Positions 22,357 to 32,000 of a stretch of DNA of 32,000 bases are shown here, one piece after another. The notes under the pieces are model-generated. The model worked only from the letters and a program-made list of their open reading frames with translations, made no database searches and was not told the origin of the DNA. The position numbers and the translations under genes are program-made. Numbering within the stretch: position 1 is the first letter of the stretch; the number at the start of each line of letters is the position of its first letter. The DNA is taken from NCBI RefSeq assembly GCF_008065095.1, contig NZ_CP042911.1, positions 3,660,001 through 3,692,000 of the forward strand, in the 5' to 3' direction. Source of the DNA: Gemmata obscuriglobus. Lineage in GTDB: Bacteria > Planctomycetota > Planctomycetia > Gemmatales > Gemmataceae.

Positions 22357-24234
22357 ATGACCCGCTACCTGCTCTTGCTCGGTGCGCTGCTGGTCGCAGC
22401 CGGGCCGTCGGTCGCTGACGACGAACCGAAGCCGCTGACCGGCGGCATCTCGCCCCAAACCGCTAAAATCAACGAATTCATCGCCAAGGGGTGGGAAGCG
22501 GCGGGAGCCAAGCCGGCGGCGAAGGCCAGCGACCACGAGTACATGCGCCGGGTCTTCATCGACCTCATCGGGCGCATCCCGACGGTCGAAGAGATCCGGG
22601 ACTTCGAGCAGGACCGCGCGGCGAACAAGCGCGTGCGGCTCGTCCAGCGGTTGCTGAACGAAAGGAAGTACGCCCCGAAGTCGAACGGCCGGCCCGTCAC
22701 CGCGGTCGCCGGGCTGTCGAAATTCCCCATCGACTACTCGGCGGCCTACGCCCGCAACTTCGCCGAAATCTGGTCCGTGTGGCTGCTCACCCGCAGCGGG
22801 TTGGACCCGATCTACCGCGAACAGTTCATGATGTGGCTGGAGGATCAGCTCGATAACAACGTTCCGTACCGCGACTTCGTTACGGGCCTGATTACTGCGA
22901 CCGGCAAGAGCAACGACAACGGTGCCGTTCACTTCGTCTTCCGACACATCGGCGACCCGATCCAGGCCGACGCGAAGGGCCAAAAGGTCGACCTGGGCGA
23001 GTTCGGCAAGTACGACAACGTGCCGGTCACGTCGCGTGTGACCAAAATGTTCCTGGGCATTCAGACCCAGTGTACCCAGTGCCACGACCACCCGCAGGCG
23101 AAGGAGTGGCTCCAGGCCGACTTCTGGGGGGTCAACGCGTTCTTCCGTCAAACGGAGAAGGTCGGCACACAGAACACCATGCAGAAGAAGCAGACCGCGA
23201 CGGCGAACTACGTCGAGCTGCGCGAGATGCCCGATTGGAACAAGAAGGGCATGGTGCTGTACGAGCGTCGCGACGGCCAGCGCAAAGCCACCTACCCGGT
23301 GATGCTGAAAGATCTGGCTCAGTCCGAGAAGGGCGAGAAATCCACGAAAAACCTGATCTCAGCGCCGGCGACGGCCAAGACCCGTCGTCAGACCCTCGCC
23401 GAGTGGGTCGTCCAGCACGACAACTTCGAGAAGGCGCTCGTGAACCGGATGTGGGGCCACCTGTTCGGCCGCGGGCTCCAGAAGGACGCCACCGTTGACG
23501 ACTTCAAGAGCGACAACGAGATCGTTCACCCGGAACTGCTCACCTACCTCGGCGAGCAGTTCAAGCAGTACAACCACGACACGAAGAAGCTCCTGGAGTG
23601 GCTCTGCACCTCCGACGTGTACCAACTGAGCCACGTCGCACTGAAGGGGCAGGCCGACCCCAAGTTCGACCCGTTCTTCGCCCGCATGCCGCTGAAAGCA
23701 CTGTCGCCGGAGGTGCTGTTCGACTCGCTCTCGCTGGCGACGCGGGCCGAGTCCCGGCTCAAGGACGCCGAGTACAAGGCCCTGAAGGCGAGCTGGACCG
23801 GTAAGCTGGTCCGCAACTTCGGCGACGACGAAGGCAACGAGACGACGTTCAACGGGACCGTCGTTCAGGCGCTGCTCCTAATGAACGGCAAGGACCTCAA
23901 CAACGAGGTGGGGACCACCCGCGACAAGGGCGTGGTCGCGGACGTGGTGAAAAAGCACCGCGGCACCCCGTCGCCCATCTACGACGAGTTGTTCTTGATG
24001 ACCGTGAGCCGGCACCCAACGCGTGAAGAACTGGCGAAACTCGAGCAGATCCGCTCCGGGCGCGCGACGATCACGCTGGGGAGCGGCGGCAGCGCGTCGT
24101 CCGGGGGCAAGGGCGCGAACCCGCCCAAGAGCGGTCCCGTACCCGTCCCGGGGGCCAACCCAGACGACATCACGTACTACCAGGACGTATTCTGGGCGCT
24201 GCTCAACACGAACGAGTTTATGCTAAATCACTGA
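22357..24234 (+). CDS. DUF1549/DUF1553 domain protein (planctomycete PSD1-type)
   Basis: Signal peptide MTRYLLLLGALLVAAGPSVA. DUF1549-like segment RRVFIDLIGRIPTVEEIRDF. CTQCHDHP motif. C-terminal FWALLNTNEFMLNH. Confidence 0.85.
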   Translation: MTRYLLLLGALLVAAGPSVADDEPKPLTGGISPQTAKINEFIAKGWEAAGAKPAAKASDHEYMRRVFIDLIGRIPTVEEIRDFEQDRAANKRVRLVQRLLNERKYAPKSNGRPVTAVAGLSKFPIDYSAAYARNFAEIWSVWLLTRSGLDPIYREQFMMWLEDQLDNNVPYRDFVTGLITATGKSNDNGAVHFVFRHIGDPIQADAKGQKVDLGEFGKYDNVPVTSRVTKMFLGIQTQCTQCHDHPQAKEWLQADFWGVNAFFRQTEKVGTQNTMQKKQTATANYVELREMPDWNKKGMVLYERRDGQRKATYPVMLKDLAQSEKGEKSTKNLISAPATAKTRRQTLAEWVVQHDNFEKALVNRMWGHLFGRGLQKDATVDDFKSDNEIVHPELLTYLGEQFKQYNHDTKKLLEWLCTSDVYQLSHVALKGQADPKFDPFFARMPLKALSPEVLFDSLSLATRAESRLKDAEYKALKASWTGKLVRNFGDDEGNETTFNGTVVQALLLMNGKDLNNEVGTTRDKGVVADVVKKHRGTPSPIYDELFLMTVSRHPTREELAKLEQIRSGRATITLGSGGSASSGGKGANPPKSGPVPVPGANPDDITYYQDVFWALLNTNEFMLNH

Positions 24235-24268
24235 TTGAAACCGGCACAGCGAGCCGCGCCACCACGGA

Positions 24269-24311
24269 AGCGACGCCGCCCCGCGACAGGTAGTCGCGGG
24301 GCGGCGTCGCT
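24269..24311. terminator. 19-bp GC-rich hairpin between convergent genes (probable bidirectional terminator without a U-tract)
   Basis: AAG CGACGCCGCCCCGCGAC aggta GTCGCGGGGCGGCGTCG CT. It lies between the DUF1549/1553 stop (24234) and the AI-2E stop (24445). Confidence 0.5.
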
Positions 24312-24444
24312 GAGCGGAGATATCCGCGTCGGCTCGCACTTCAGTACCTACCCGCGGCGAGCACATTCGATCAACACCTCGTAAAGCCCCGCACCATTCG
24401 TTCAACGGCGGAACCTAGAAAGAGGGGCCTAAGCCTCGTCGCTT

Positions 24445-25599
24445 CTACGTCGTCCCCGTGCTCGCGGCGCCTTCGACCGACGGAAGAGGACTGTTGGTCG
24501 TGCGGGTGTGCCACACGTCCAGCACCGCCACCGTCACGGCGAGAATAGCCGGCCCGAGGACGATGCCCGATGCACCGAAAAGGGCCAGCCCGCCGATGAA
24601 CGACAGCAGCGCCGGCACCGGGTGCAATCGCATCCGCCCGCCCGCGAGCCACGTGTACAACAGCGTGTCCACAAGTACACTCGACCCAACGCCCCATGCC
24701 ACCAGCGCGACGGCACCTCCCCAGTGATCCGTAAGCGCGAGGTACGCGGCCGCGGGCACCCAGATGAGGAAGATGCCGGCGACCGGCAGCATACTCACCA
24801 CGAAGACCACCACACCCCACAGAATCGGTGCGGGCAGACCCGTTGCCCAGAACAGTAGCGCGGCATTCACCCCGTTGATCGCGCTCGTGACGAGAGACGC
24901 GTACAGGTTCGCGTGGACCGAGCCGCCGGCGCGATCGAATACGCGGTCGGCTTCTTCGGGCGTAACCGGGAGCAACCGCCGGGCGGCGCGGAGAAATTGA
25001 TCCCCGTCCCGGAGCGAGTAATAGAGGATGTAAATAGCAATGGCGAGTTGGAGCAGGAACGCGACCGATCCGCGGGCCAGCCACATCCCGTTGCCGAGGT
25101 ATTCGCGGGCTGCTTTCTTCGCTTCCGCTTCCAGGTTCACCTCGGGCCGTTCCGCCCACGCGACCGCGTCGCGCAACACCGGCGTAGCTAGCATCCGCTC
25201 GCGAAGCGTGCCTTGCACCGCCTCCTGTTGCGCTTGCTCGGTGGACGAACTTACCTCGCGCGCCACCTGCTGGGCGACGTACCCGCTCGGGACCGCGACC
25301 AGGAGAATCACCACGGCCGAGGCCACGACCGCAGCACAGGTGCGGTTCGCAGTCACCCTCCGGAGCCACGAACTGAGCGGCCACGCGATAATCGCCAGTG
25401 CAACTCCCCAGGTCAGCGCCGGCAGGAACGGGACCGCGAGCGCGGCACTGAGCCCGATCAGCAGCGCGGTGAGCGCCGCAAGGGCGTACGGCCGGAGCCG
25501 CTCGCCGGTTGCCGCCGGACCTTCCTCGCGAACGAGTTGCTGACCTGCTTCGTGTTCCTGTCCGGTCGTGAGAGCAGAGGGCGGATGACCGTGGCGCAC
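24445..25599 (-). CDS. AI-2E family transporter (PerM/UPF0118-like membrane protein)
   Basis: About 8 TM segments. The size and sequence pattern (..LPFLPALTWGVALAIIAWP.., ..GLALFGASGIVLGPAILAVT..) are typical of this family. The GTG start is uncertain. Confidence 0.65.
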   Translation of the reverse strand: MRHGHPPSALTTGQEHEAGQQLVREEGPAATGERLRPYALAALTALLIGLSAALAVPFLPALTWGVALAIIAWPLSSWLRRVTANRTCAAVVASAVVILLVAVPSGYVAQQVAREVSSSTEQAQQEAVQGTLRERMLATPVLRDAVAWAERPEVNLEAEAKKAAREYLGNGMWLARGSVAFLLQLAIAIYILYYSLRDGDQFLRAARRLLPVTPEEADRVFDRAGGSVHANLYASLVTSAINGVNAALLFWATGLPAPILWGVVVFVVSMLPVAGIFLIWVPAAAYLALTDHWGGAVALVAWGVGSSVLVDTLLYTWLAGGRMRLHPVPALLSFIGGLALFGASGIVLGPAILAVTVAVLDVWHTRTTNSPLPSVEGAASTGTT

Positions 25600-25694
25600 T
25601 ATTTGACTCCTCGTCAGCGGCTAATTGCCAGTGATGAGCCTCAGCCAAAGCAAATCAGGTGCCAGGAGCCGGCGCGGACAAGCAGCCGTAAAAC

Positions 25695-25721
25695 GCAAAA
25701 AGCCCGACCGTTCGGTCGGGC
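25695..25721 (-). terminator. Intrinsic terminator of the small secreted-protein gene
   Basis: On the minus strand, GCCCGACC-GAAC-GGTCGGGC is followed by TTTTTG. It lies 24 nt after the stop at 25745. Confidence 0.75.
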
Positions 25722-25744
25722 CTCGGCATGAGCCGTGAGCTACC

Positions 25745-26074
25745 TTACTTGTCGCTCTTGTCCTTCTTGCCACCGCCGCCACGGAACTCGACGGAGGTCA
25801 GCTTCGATTCCTTGGCCTCGAACGTCACCTTCGTGCCGACCTTCCCGTCCTTGCCCTTGCGCTCAGCGGCCTTGGCCAGCGCCTTCAGGTCCGATTCTTT
25901 GGACTCGGTTTTGCTCTTGGTCGTGATCTTGGTGTCCTTGTCGACGGTGTACTCCTTGTCGTCGATCGTGACCTTCATTTTCTCAACGTCGACCTTGCTC
26001 ACGAACCCTTCGGCAGCGATTACAATCCCGGCCGAGAGGCACAGGGACAGCGTGACCATCATCAACTTGCGCAT
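25745..26074 (-). CDS. Small secreted Lys-rich protein
   Basis: ATG-26074 is preceded by GGAG. The signal peptide is MRKLMMVTLSLCLSAGIVIAAEG. It has its own terminator. Confidence 0.7.
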   Translation of the reverse strand: MRKLMMVTLSLCLSAGIVIAAEGFVSKVDVEKMKVTIDDKEYTVDKDTKITTKSKTESKESDLKALAKAAERKGKDGKVGTKVTFEAKESKLTSVEFRGGGGKKDKSDK

Positions 26075-26352
26075 GTGGGAACTCCTGAGGGGGTTTCTGA
26101 CCGGCCCCGGCGTTAGTCGCCGGGGTGCGATCACGATTGCGGCTACCCCACCGGGGGCAATCGTAAGTAACCCAACACACCACAGCAACCATCGGCTCGC
26201 CGATTCATCCTTTTCTCATCGACTTTCTAATCATGAGTGTCGGAATCAGGAAAAGTAGGGCGGAACAGTCGATTTAGATTCGCCAACTTTTCACGGAACG
26301 ACGTGCGAAGTCAAATGCCCCTCGCGGGTCAAACCACTGCCAGCCACGCGAT

Positions 26353-27057
26353 TCAACGCACGTAGTACATCGCTAATGCCAGCCCGGCACGCCGCATGGG
26401 TACAACGTGGCCGTCACAAAAGAGCACCCCGAACACACCGGTGTGGCGGTTCTCGGGGTAATGGTTGATCCAGTCAGCGTCATCAGGGGGCCAGGGAAGC
26501 CCCGGAGCCAACCCGGCTGGTAAGGTCCCGTTGGTCGCGCACTGTGGGGACCGGCAGTGCTGCCACACGTACAGCACCTGACTGGTGCCATTCCCGTTGG
26601 CCACATCCGTTAACCGCTGTCCGGCCGGGCCGCCGATCACGCTGTTGAGCGCGTAGCTGAGTTGCAGCGACTGGCCGAAGGTCGGGCTGCCGGGGAGTGC
26701 GTCGAGCCCTTTCGGGCACTGAAAAACCTGGGCGTTGCCCTCCAGATACGGCCACAGCATCGCGCGGGTCGGGTTGTAATCCGGCAGCGGCCGTTCGGCG
26801 TAGCCTACGCGGTCGTCAAACGGCCCCCAGTACACGCCGTCCCGACCAGCAGGGGGTAACCGCTCGTCGTGGTCCAGCGCGTAATGGTGTACGGCCAGCC
26901 CGATCTGCTTCATGTTGTTGGCGCACTTGATGCGCGCCGCGGCCTCGCGCACCTTTTGGACCGCGGGGAGCAGCAGGCCGATCAGAATCGCGATGATCGC
27001 GATCACCACCAGCAACTCGATCAGGGTGAACGCAGGACGGCGAGGGTGGGAGCGCAT
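26353..27057 (-). CDS. DUF1559 protein with a prepilin-type N-terminal cleavage/methylation domain
   Basis: [45 protein letters not shown], plus the C-terminal FCDGHV motif. ATG-27057. Confidence 0.9.
   Translation of the reverse strand: MRSHPRRPAFTLIELLVVIAIIAILIGLLLPAVQKVREAAARIKCANNMKQIGLAVHHYALDHDERLPPAGRDGVYWGPFDDRVGYAERPLPDYNPTRAMLWPYLEGNAQVFQCPKGLDALPGSPTFGQSLQLSYALNSVIGGPAGQRLTDVANGNGTSQVLYVWQHCRSPQCATNGTLPAGLAPGLPWPPDDADWINHYPENRHTGVFGVLFCDGHVVPMRRAGLALAMYYVR
26930..27033. repeat. 104-bp inverted repeat, arm A (N-terminal coding region of a DUF1559 paralog)
   Basis: Its reverse complement matches 27839..27942 with 2 mismatches, by direct comparison. Confidence 0.85.
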
Positions 27058-27159
27058 CTCGGTTTCCGTTCGGGTGGGGCGTCCGGTTATCATTCTCCGC
27101 TGAACGGCCTGAAACGTGGTAGTGCGAAATTCGTTTGTGGCAACGTATACGGGGGCGTA

Positions 27160-27639
27160 ATGAGGCTGGTGCGCGTGATTTCGGGCGGACAGACCGGTGC
27201 GGACCGGGCCGCACTCGTAGCCGCAAAGGCCGCCGGCCTCGCGACCGGGGGGTGGATGCCGAAGGGTTTCTTGGCCCATGACGGCGAGCGCCCCGAGTTC
27301 GCCTCACTTTACGGGCTCCGCGAGCACGAGAGCCCTCGATACCCGCCGCGCACCGCGCTCAACGTGAAGGAATCCGACGCCACCCTTCGCTTCGCGACCG
27401 ACTGGGCGTCGCCCGGCGAAGCGCTCACGCTCAAAATGATCGAGCGGTACGGGCGCCCGCACCTTGATGTCACACCCGGCCGGGGCGAAACGGTCGCAAC
27501 CGTCGTCGAATGGCTCCGGCACCACGACCCGCACGTGCTAAACGTGGCCGGCAACTCGGAGCGCACGTCGCCGGGCATTGAGGCGTTCGTCACGGCATTT
27601 CTCGCAGACGTGTTCGCGCAACTCGTCCGCCCTATCTGA
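27160..27639 (+). CDS. YpsA-like SLOG family protein (annotated in databases as putative molybdenum carrier)
   Basis: [40 protein letters not shown]......Y..RT..NV.ESDATL matches the family pattern. ATG-27160. Confidence 0.7.
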   Translation: MRLVRVISGGQTGADRAALVAAKAAGLATGGWMPKGFLAHDGERPEFASLYGLREHESPRYPPRTALNVKESDATLRFATDWASPGEALTLKMIERYGRPHLDVTPGRGETVATVVEWLRHHDPHVLNVAGNSERTSPGIEAFVTAFLADVFAQLVRPI

Positions 27640-27802
27640 CCGACCTCGTTACGCTCGTCACCGCAACCGGCCCAAGTGGGCCGGTTCCGCCCGCGCGCAC
27701 TTCGAGTTGTAAGTTTCACGGACACACTGCTTGAAATACTAAGTATAACTATTTATCATCTCGTTCGAGTTGCACATTTGCTGCTTGTCGAGGGTACCCG
27801 AC

Positions 27803-28894
27803 GTGACTTCTACCACGGTTCGTTCTCCGTTGCGCGCCGCGTTCACCTTGATCGAGTTGCTGGTGGTGATCGCGATCATCGCGATTCTGATCGGCCTGCT
27901 GCTCCCCGCGGTCCAGAAGGTGCGCGAGGCCGCGGCGCGCATGAGCGACCAGAACAACCTGAAGCAGCTCGCGCTCGCGTGCCACAACTTCCACAGTGCG
28001 AACGAGCGGCTCCCCGGGTACCAGCCGGCCCCGACCGGGTCGTCGGTGGCGTCCTACGGCTACTCGGTACATGCCTTCATCCTGCCCTACATCGAGCAAG
28101 AGCCGCTGGGGCGAATGTTCGAACCGAACACCCAGCAGTTGTTCTTCGGCAGCGCGCCGTTCGGCACGTTCAACGCCGCCCTCGCGTCCACCGCCGTGAC
28201 ACCGGTGAAGACGTTTCTGAACCCCGCCGACGGCCAGGACCCCGTTTACGCGATGTCCGGCGGCGCGCCTCACGCGGGCACCAATTACGCCGTCAACATC
28301 GGGTCCGGGCTGGATGCGAACGATGCCGTAAACAACCCTGCGCGGAGTAACGGCACCGACCTCCGGTTCCCGTCGGACGGGCTGTTCTGGTCCGGCTCGC
28401 GGGTGCGCCTCACGGACGTTGCCGACGGCACTTCGAACACGCTGATGATGGCGGACATCCTCCGCGGCACGAACGCGAGCGTTACCGGTACGGCATACGC
28501 GGCCTTGGCCCCGGAGCAGCGGCGCCGCCTGTACGCGAGTGCCAGTGCCGGACGTAGCGCCGTCGGAACGGCGCCGGGCGGGCTGAACCCGGTCCTCAAG
28601 ACCGCGGACGCGACGGCCGCCACGAGTTGGACCGGTAACCGGGGCGGGTCGTGGATCTGGGGGCAGCCGTATACGAACGGGTTCAACGCCGCCCTCACAC
28701 CGAACAGCTCCACGCCCGACGTGGCCGGACACGGACAGGGGTGGTTCTCGGCGCGCAGCCCGTTCGCCGGCGGAGTTAACGTCGCGCTGGCGGACGGAAG
28801 TGTTCGGTTCGTGCGCGACTCGATCCCGATCGCAGTGTGGCGCGGGCTCGCGACACGGGCGGGCGGCGAGGTCACCGGCGGGAACGATTTTTGA
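27803..28894 (+). CDS. DUF1559 protein with a prepilin-type N-terminal cleavage/methylation domain
   Basis: [45 protein letters not shown], plus the C-terminal LADGSVRF motif. Start is either GTG-27803 (GAGGG upstream) or TTG-27770. Confidence 0.88.
   Translation: MTSTTVRSPLRAAFTLIELLVVIAIIAILIGLLLPAVQKVREAAARMSDQNNLKQLALACHNFHSANERLPGYQPAPTGSSVASYGYSVHAFILPYIEQEPLGRMFEPNTQQLFFGSAPFGTFNAALASTAVTPVKTFLNPADGQDPVYAMSGGAPHAGTNYAVNIGSGLDANDAVNNPARSNGTDLRFPSDGLFWSGSRVRLTDVADGTSNTLMMADILRGTNASVTGTAYAALAPEQRRRLYASASAGRSAVGTAPGGLNPVLKTADATAATSWTGNRGGSWIWGQPYTNGFNAALTPNSSTPDVAGHGQGWFSARSPFAGGVNVALADGSVRFVRDSIPIAVWRGLATRAGGEVTGGNDF
27839..27942. repeat. 104-bp inverted repeat, arm B
   Basis: See 26930..27033. 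Confidence 0.85.
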
Positions 28895-29572
28895 CACGCC
28901 AACCCTGCACGATCAGCGGCACATCTTTCACGTCGGACAAGGTCAGCGCGCGCTTCTTGAGTAGCGGGTGGGGGGGCGATCAGCCCCCATTCGAGCGAAA
29001 AGAGGTGCCGGTACTCGATCCCGGCGGCACCTTCGTAAGGCGCCGCGACGCCGAACGCGAGGTCCGGATCGCGGAGCAACGCGTCCTCAATGTCGCGCTC
29101 GGTGCGGGCGCTGAGGCGCACGCGGGGTCGCCGGGAACGCGCGGTGGAACCGGCGGACGGCGTCGAGCATCGCGTACATCGTCAGGTATTGTGTGGCCGC
29201 GACGTGAATCTCTTGCGGGCCGTCGCCGGCGCGTTCGCCGAACCGCCGGGCGGCTTCGAGGAACGCGACCGCATGGGGCAGGAACAGTTCCCCTTGCGGT
29301 GTGAGCGGTGACCGCCGACGCGGCCCGCGCTGCTTGTGGTAGAGCGGCACCTTGAGGGCCGTTTCGAGCGCGACGAGCCGGTTGCGCAACCCCTGCTCGG
29401 TGAGGTGCAGCCCGATGGCCGCGGTGCGCAGGCTCCCGGCGCGTGCCAACTCGACCAGCGCCGCGACCTGATCCGTTGACACCGACGGCACACGTTCGGC
29501 CACAGCACGGCCCGTCTGAACAACAGTTGTTGTGCGGGTTCCCAATTTACCGCGACCGGCGCCCCGAGCCAA
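28872..29572 (-). pseudogene. LysR-family transcriptional regulator, frameshifted and 3'-truncated
   Basis: HTH LVELARAGSLRTAAIGLHLTEQGLRNRLVALETAL and the start of the effector domain lie in ORF 29087..29572. The gene continues as VRLSARTERDIEDALLRDPDLAFGV..LFSLEWGLIAP in a second frame. It then continues as HPLLKKRALTLSDVKDVPLIV in a third frame after a G7 run (28970-28976). It ends about 70 aa short and overlaps the DUF1559 gene's 3' end. Confidence 0.6.
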
Positions 29573-29647
29573 TCATGTGGTCGTGGTAACGCGATGACCA
29601 GCCCGCAGCGCGCCAAACACCCGTGCGCTGCGGCCGAGTGCCCGACT

Positions 29648-32000
29648 TCACTCGCGTTCGCTCGGCTCTTGCTCGATGTGCCCGCGGCGCTTCTCCAGGT
29701 ACGCGAACAGCGCCAGCACCGCCACGCCCAGCACGATGCCCGACGCGTACCACACCCACGTCTGTTGCAAGTTCACCGCCGCGTGCCAGATCATCGCGAA
29801 CACATCGAGCAGAAGGAACCCGGCCCCGAGGTAGATGAACGCACGCACCCGGAGCAGCACGCCGGCCAGCACCCCGAGCACGCACAGCGCCGCGAGGACC
29901 ACCGGCAACCACCTCGACTTCCCCACGCCCGCGATGAACATGTCCGCCGCCGAGGCGACGTAGATCATCGCCACGCCGGCGTACCGCATCGTGTTGGACG
30001 CCTCGGGCGAGAGCCGGTGCCGGTTGATGTGTTCGGACACCAGGAGAATCAGCGCGAGCGGGATCACCCACGCCTGTGGGTGAACGAAGAACGGTACGTC
30101 GCCGTGGGTAAGGGCTGCCCACAGCGCCGCGTTGGTCGCCAGGGCCGCGAGCAGCGCCCATCCGAACGACCGCTTCGAGAGCGCCACCAACCCGTAAACG
30201 CCGCCCGCGAGGAACCACAGCCACGCGTAGGTATCGAAGTGCTGCGGGAGCTTTTCCAGGTAACCGAGGATCGGCTCCAGTCCCGGAGCGGTGTCGCGTG
30301 CGAACTCGGAGACGGGGGCCGACGGCTTCGCCCAGAACGCGAGCAGCGGCACCAGCGGGAGCAGCGCGCCGGTGCGGCGGAGCGGCAGCGCGAGCACCTC
30401 GACCTTTCTCCGCTCAAAGAACTCGGCCAGCCCGATGCCCGCGTAGGCGAGCGCCATCACCACAAACGTCCAGAACTTCGCAAGCTCCCCCCGGAACAGC
30501 CCCGGCACGTTGAATCGGATCTGCAAAAAGAACAATACGACCAGCAATTCCGCGATGTACACGTATGCGGTGCGGCGCGTCGGACGCAGCTCGAACGGGT
30601 CACGGTCTGGTTTCAGTGCGAAGCGGAGGGCGAGGGCCGTCAAGCTCGCGACCGCGGCCAGTATCGCGAGGGCGGCCTCGCGCGCAAGTGGCGTGCGGCC
30701 TTTGACGGGATCAAACACCGGCACCTGCTGCACAAGGTTCAGGCCCAGCACGACGAACGCCGCGACCGCGGCCCATCCTCCGACGATGCGCACCACCCGG
30801 CGCCAGTGTTCGCTCACACGCGGCACCGCCACGCTCCCGCCCACGGCGGCGATCACCAGTGCGACGAACAGCCACGCGTTCCGGTGCAGCCAAACGTGCG
30901 GGGGTGTTGGGTCCGGCACCGCCCACCCGAGCGCCGCAAGGCACCACACCACAAGAGCCGCGGCTGCCATGCGGAGCGCATTCCCGACTTCGGTGGCGTA
31001 AGTCCGGGCCAGCACCGCGAAGCTGATCGCCAGAAGCGCTGCGGCGCCCGAGTTCGCACACCGGGACAGCAATTCCGCCGAGGTAAGTCCGCTGTGTATC
31101 CCAAACGCGACCGCAACCGTGGCGAGCAGCGACAGCCCGAGCGCGGGCCACTGCGCCTGAGGAGACTGTGGTAACCGGAGAACCGACCCAACGAATCGGT
31201 CGGACCCGAGGCGCAAGCACGCGACACCGAGTGCGTATGCAGAGAGCGCCAGAGCGGTCAGCGGGATGCTCCACACCGGTCGCGGCGCCCACTCACTAAC
31301 GATTTGCGGCTCCAAGTCGCACACGGTGAGCAGTACCGCGAGCGTGCCGGCCACGAACAGCGCCGGCCGGGCGAACCGCGCACGCGCGTCCCAGAGCCCC
31401 ACCGCACACGCCACCGCAATCGCTCCCAGCGCTCCCCACTTCAAACCGGCAGGATCGGACCCGGCTCCGGTGAATGTGGGCGCGAGACCAGCGAGAAGGA
31501 ACGCGAGCGCCGGGACGAGTGCCCCGTCGAGTGGTTCCAGCCAGGGGGCCGAATCGTTCGCCGCGCGCTTTCGGGCACGAACGACGCCCCACACGGCGAT
31601 CGCGGCACCAAAGCCAGTCGCGTTCGTGAGGAAGAACCCGGACACGGTTCTGGGTCCCTCTGCGACCCACACGAGGAGCGCGGCCAGGTTCATCGCCAAC
31701 CCAGAGGTGTACGCGAACGCAAGCGCTCGAGTGTGTAGCGAGACCGCTCCCAGCGCGACCGCCGCTCCGATCGCCAGCCCGGCCGGCAGCCACGGGCGCC
31801 ACGGGTCCAACTCGCCGGCGCGTAGAGCACACAGCACGAGCAGCGCCGCGAAGCAGGTGAGCCACCACGCTCCGAGTTTGACGTGCTTGATCGTCGCGAG
31901 GAAAGCCCCGCTCACACCAAGCCACGCGAGCGCCATCACATGGAACGACAGCCACCGGCCGGGCTCGTCCCACCGGCGCGCCGCCGAGGCGGCCAGGACG
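29648..32000 (-). CDS. Large polytopic membrane protein (>20 predicted TM helices), function unknown; 5' end probably outside the window
   Basis: Continuous hydrophobic-helix pattern over 763 aa. The frame stays open upstream of ATG-31939 to the window edge (..WLSFHVMMALAWLG..). Confidence 0.7.
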   Translation of the reverse strand, partial: VLAASAARRWDEPGRWLSFHVMALAWLGVSGAFLATIKHVKLGAWWLTCFAALLVLCALRAGELDPWRPWLPAGLAIGAAVALGAVSLHTRALAFAYTSGLAMNLAALLVWVAEGPRTVSGFFLTNATGFGAAIAVWGVVRARKRAANDSAPWLEPLDGALVPALAFLLAGLAPTFTGAGSDPAGLKWGALGAIAVACAVGLWDARARFARPALFVAGTLAVLLTVCDLEPQIVSEWAPRPVWSIPLTALALSAYALGVACLRLGSDRFVGSVLRLPQSPQAQWPALGLSLLATVAVAFGIHSGLTSAELLSRCANSGAAALLAISFAVLARTYATEVGNALRMAAAALVVWCLAALGWAVPDPTPPHVWLHRNAWLFVALVIAAVGGSVAVPRVSEHWRRVVRIVGGWAAVAAFVVLGLNLVQQVPVFDPVKGRTPLAREAALAILAAVASLTALALRFALKPDRDPFELRPTRRTAYVYIAELLVVLFFLQIRFNVPGLFRGELAKFWTFVVMALAYAGIGLAEFFERRKVEVLALPLRRTGALLPLVPLLAFWAKPSAPVSEFARDTAPGLEPILGYLEKLPQHFDTYAWLWFLAGGVYGLVALSKRSFGWALLAALATNAALWAALTHGDVPFFVHPQAWVIPLALILLVSEHINRHRLSPEASNTMRYAGVAMIYVASAADMFIAGVGKSRWLPVVLAALCVLGVLAGVLLRVRAFIYLGAGFLLLDVFAMIWHAAVNLQQTWVWYASGIVLGVAVLALFAYLEKRRGHIEQEPSERE

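Overview
High-GC bacterial DNA, probably Planctomycetota (Gemmata-like). The taxon call rests on two DUF1559 prepilin-type paralogs, a DUF1549/DUF1553 protein and an ISKra4-like IS. The window has three parts. (1) 1-12.2 kb is a co-directional (+) phage-like late or accessory cluster. It holds a multi-HTH regulator, ThyX, two tail-fibre proteins, other structural proteins, a KTSC protein and a secreted S8 protease flanked by small membrane and secreted proteins. The 16-bp perfect palindrome GTGGTCGCGCGACCAC occurs nine times here, always at gene boundaries, and never in the other 20 kb. (2) 12.2-19.7 kb is an accessory island. It starts at a 3' fragment of a tRNA-Arg(ACG)-like gene with a bidirectional terminator. 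It then carries a small HNH protein and a minus-strand candidate defence cassette: an Mrr-like nuclease fused to a STAND/P-loop ATPase (901 aa), a HEPN (RNIAAH) protein, and a translationally coupled 70-aa protein. Next come a precisely delimited IS (19-bp inverted repeats, 9-bp target duplication, frameshifted transposase) inserted about 90 bp upstream of the STAND gene, and about 1.2 kb of apparently non-coding or decayed DNA. (3) 19.7-32 kb is ordinary chromosomal content: a metallophosphoesterase, an SDR, a DUF1549/1553 protein, an AI-2E transporter, DUF1559 paralogs around a YpsA-like gene, a decayed LysR gene and a large polytopic membrane protein. The two best leads are the palindrome that punctuates the phage cluster and the nuclease-STAND + HEPN + small-protein cassette. 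All functional calls come from reading motifs in the translations by eye. No database search was run.
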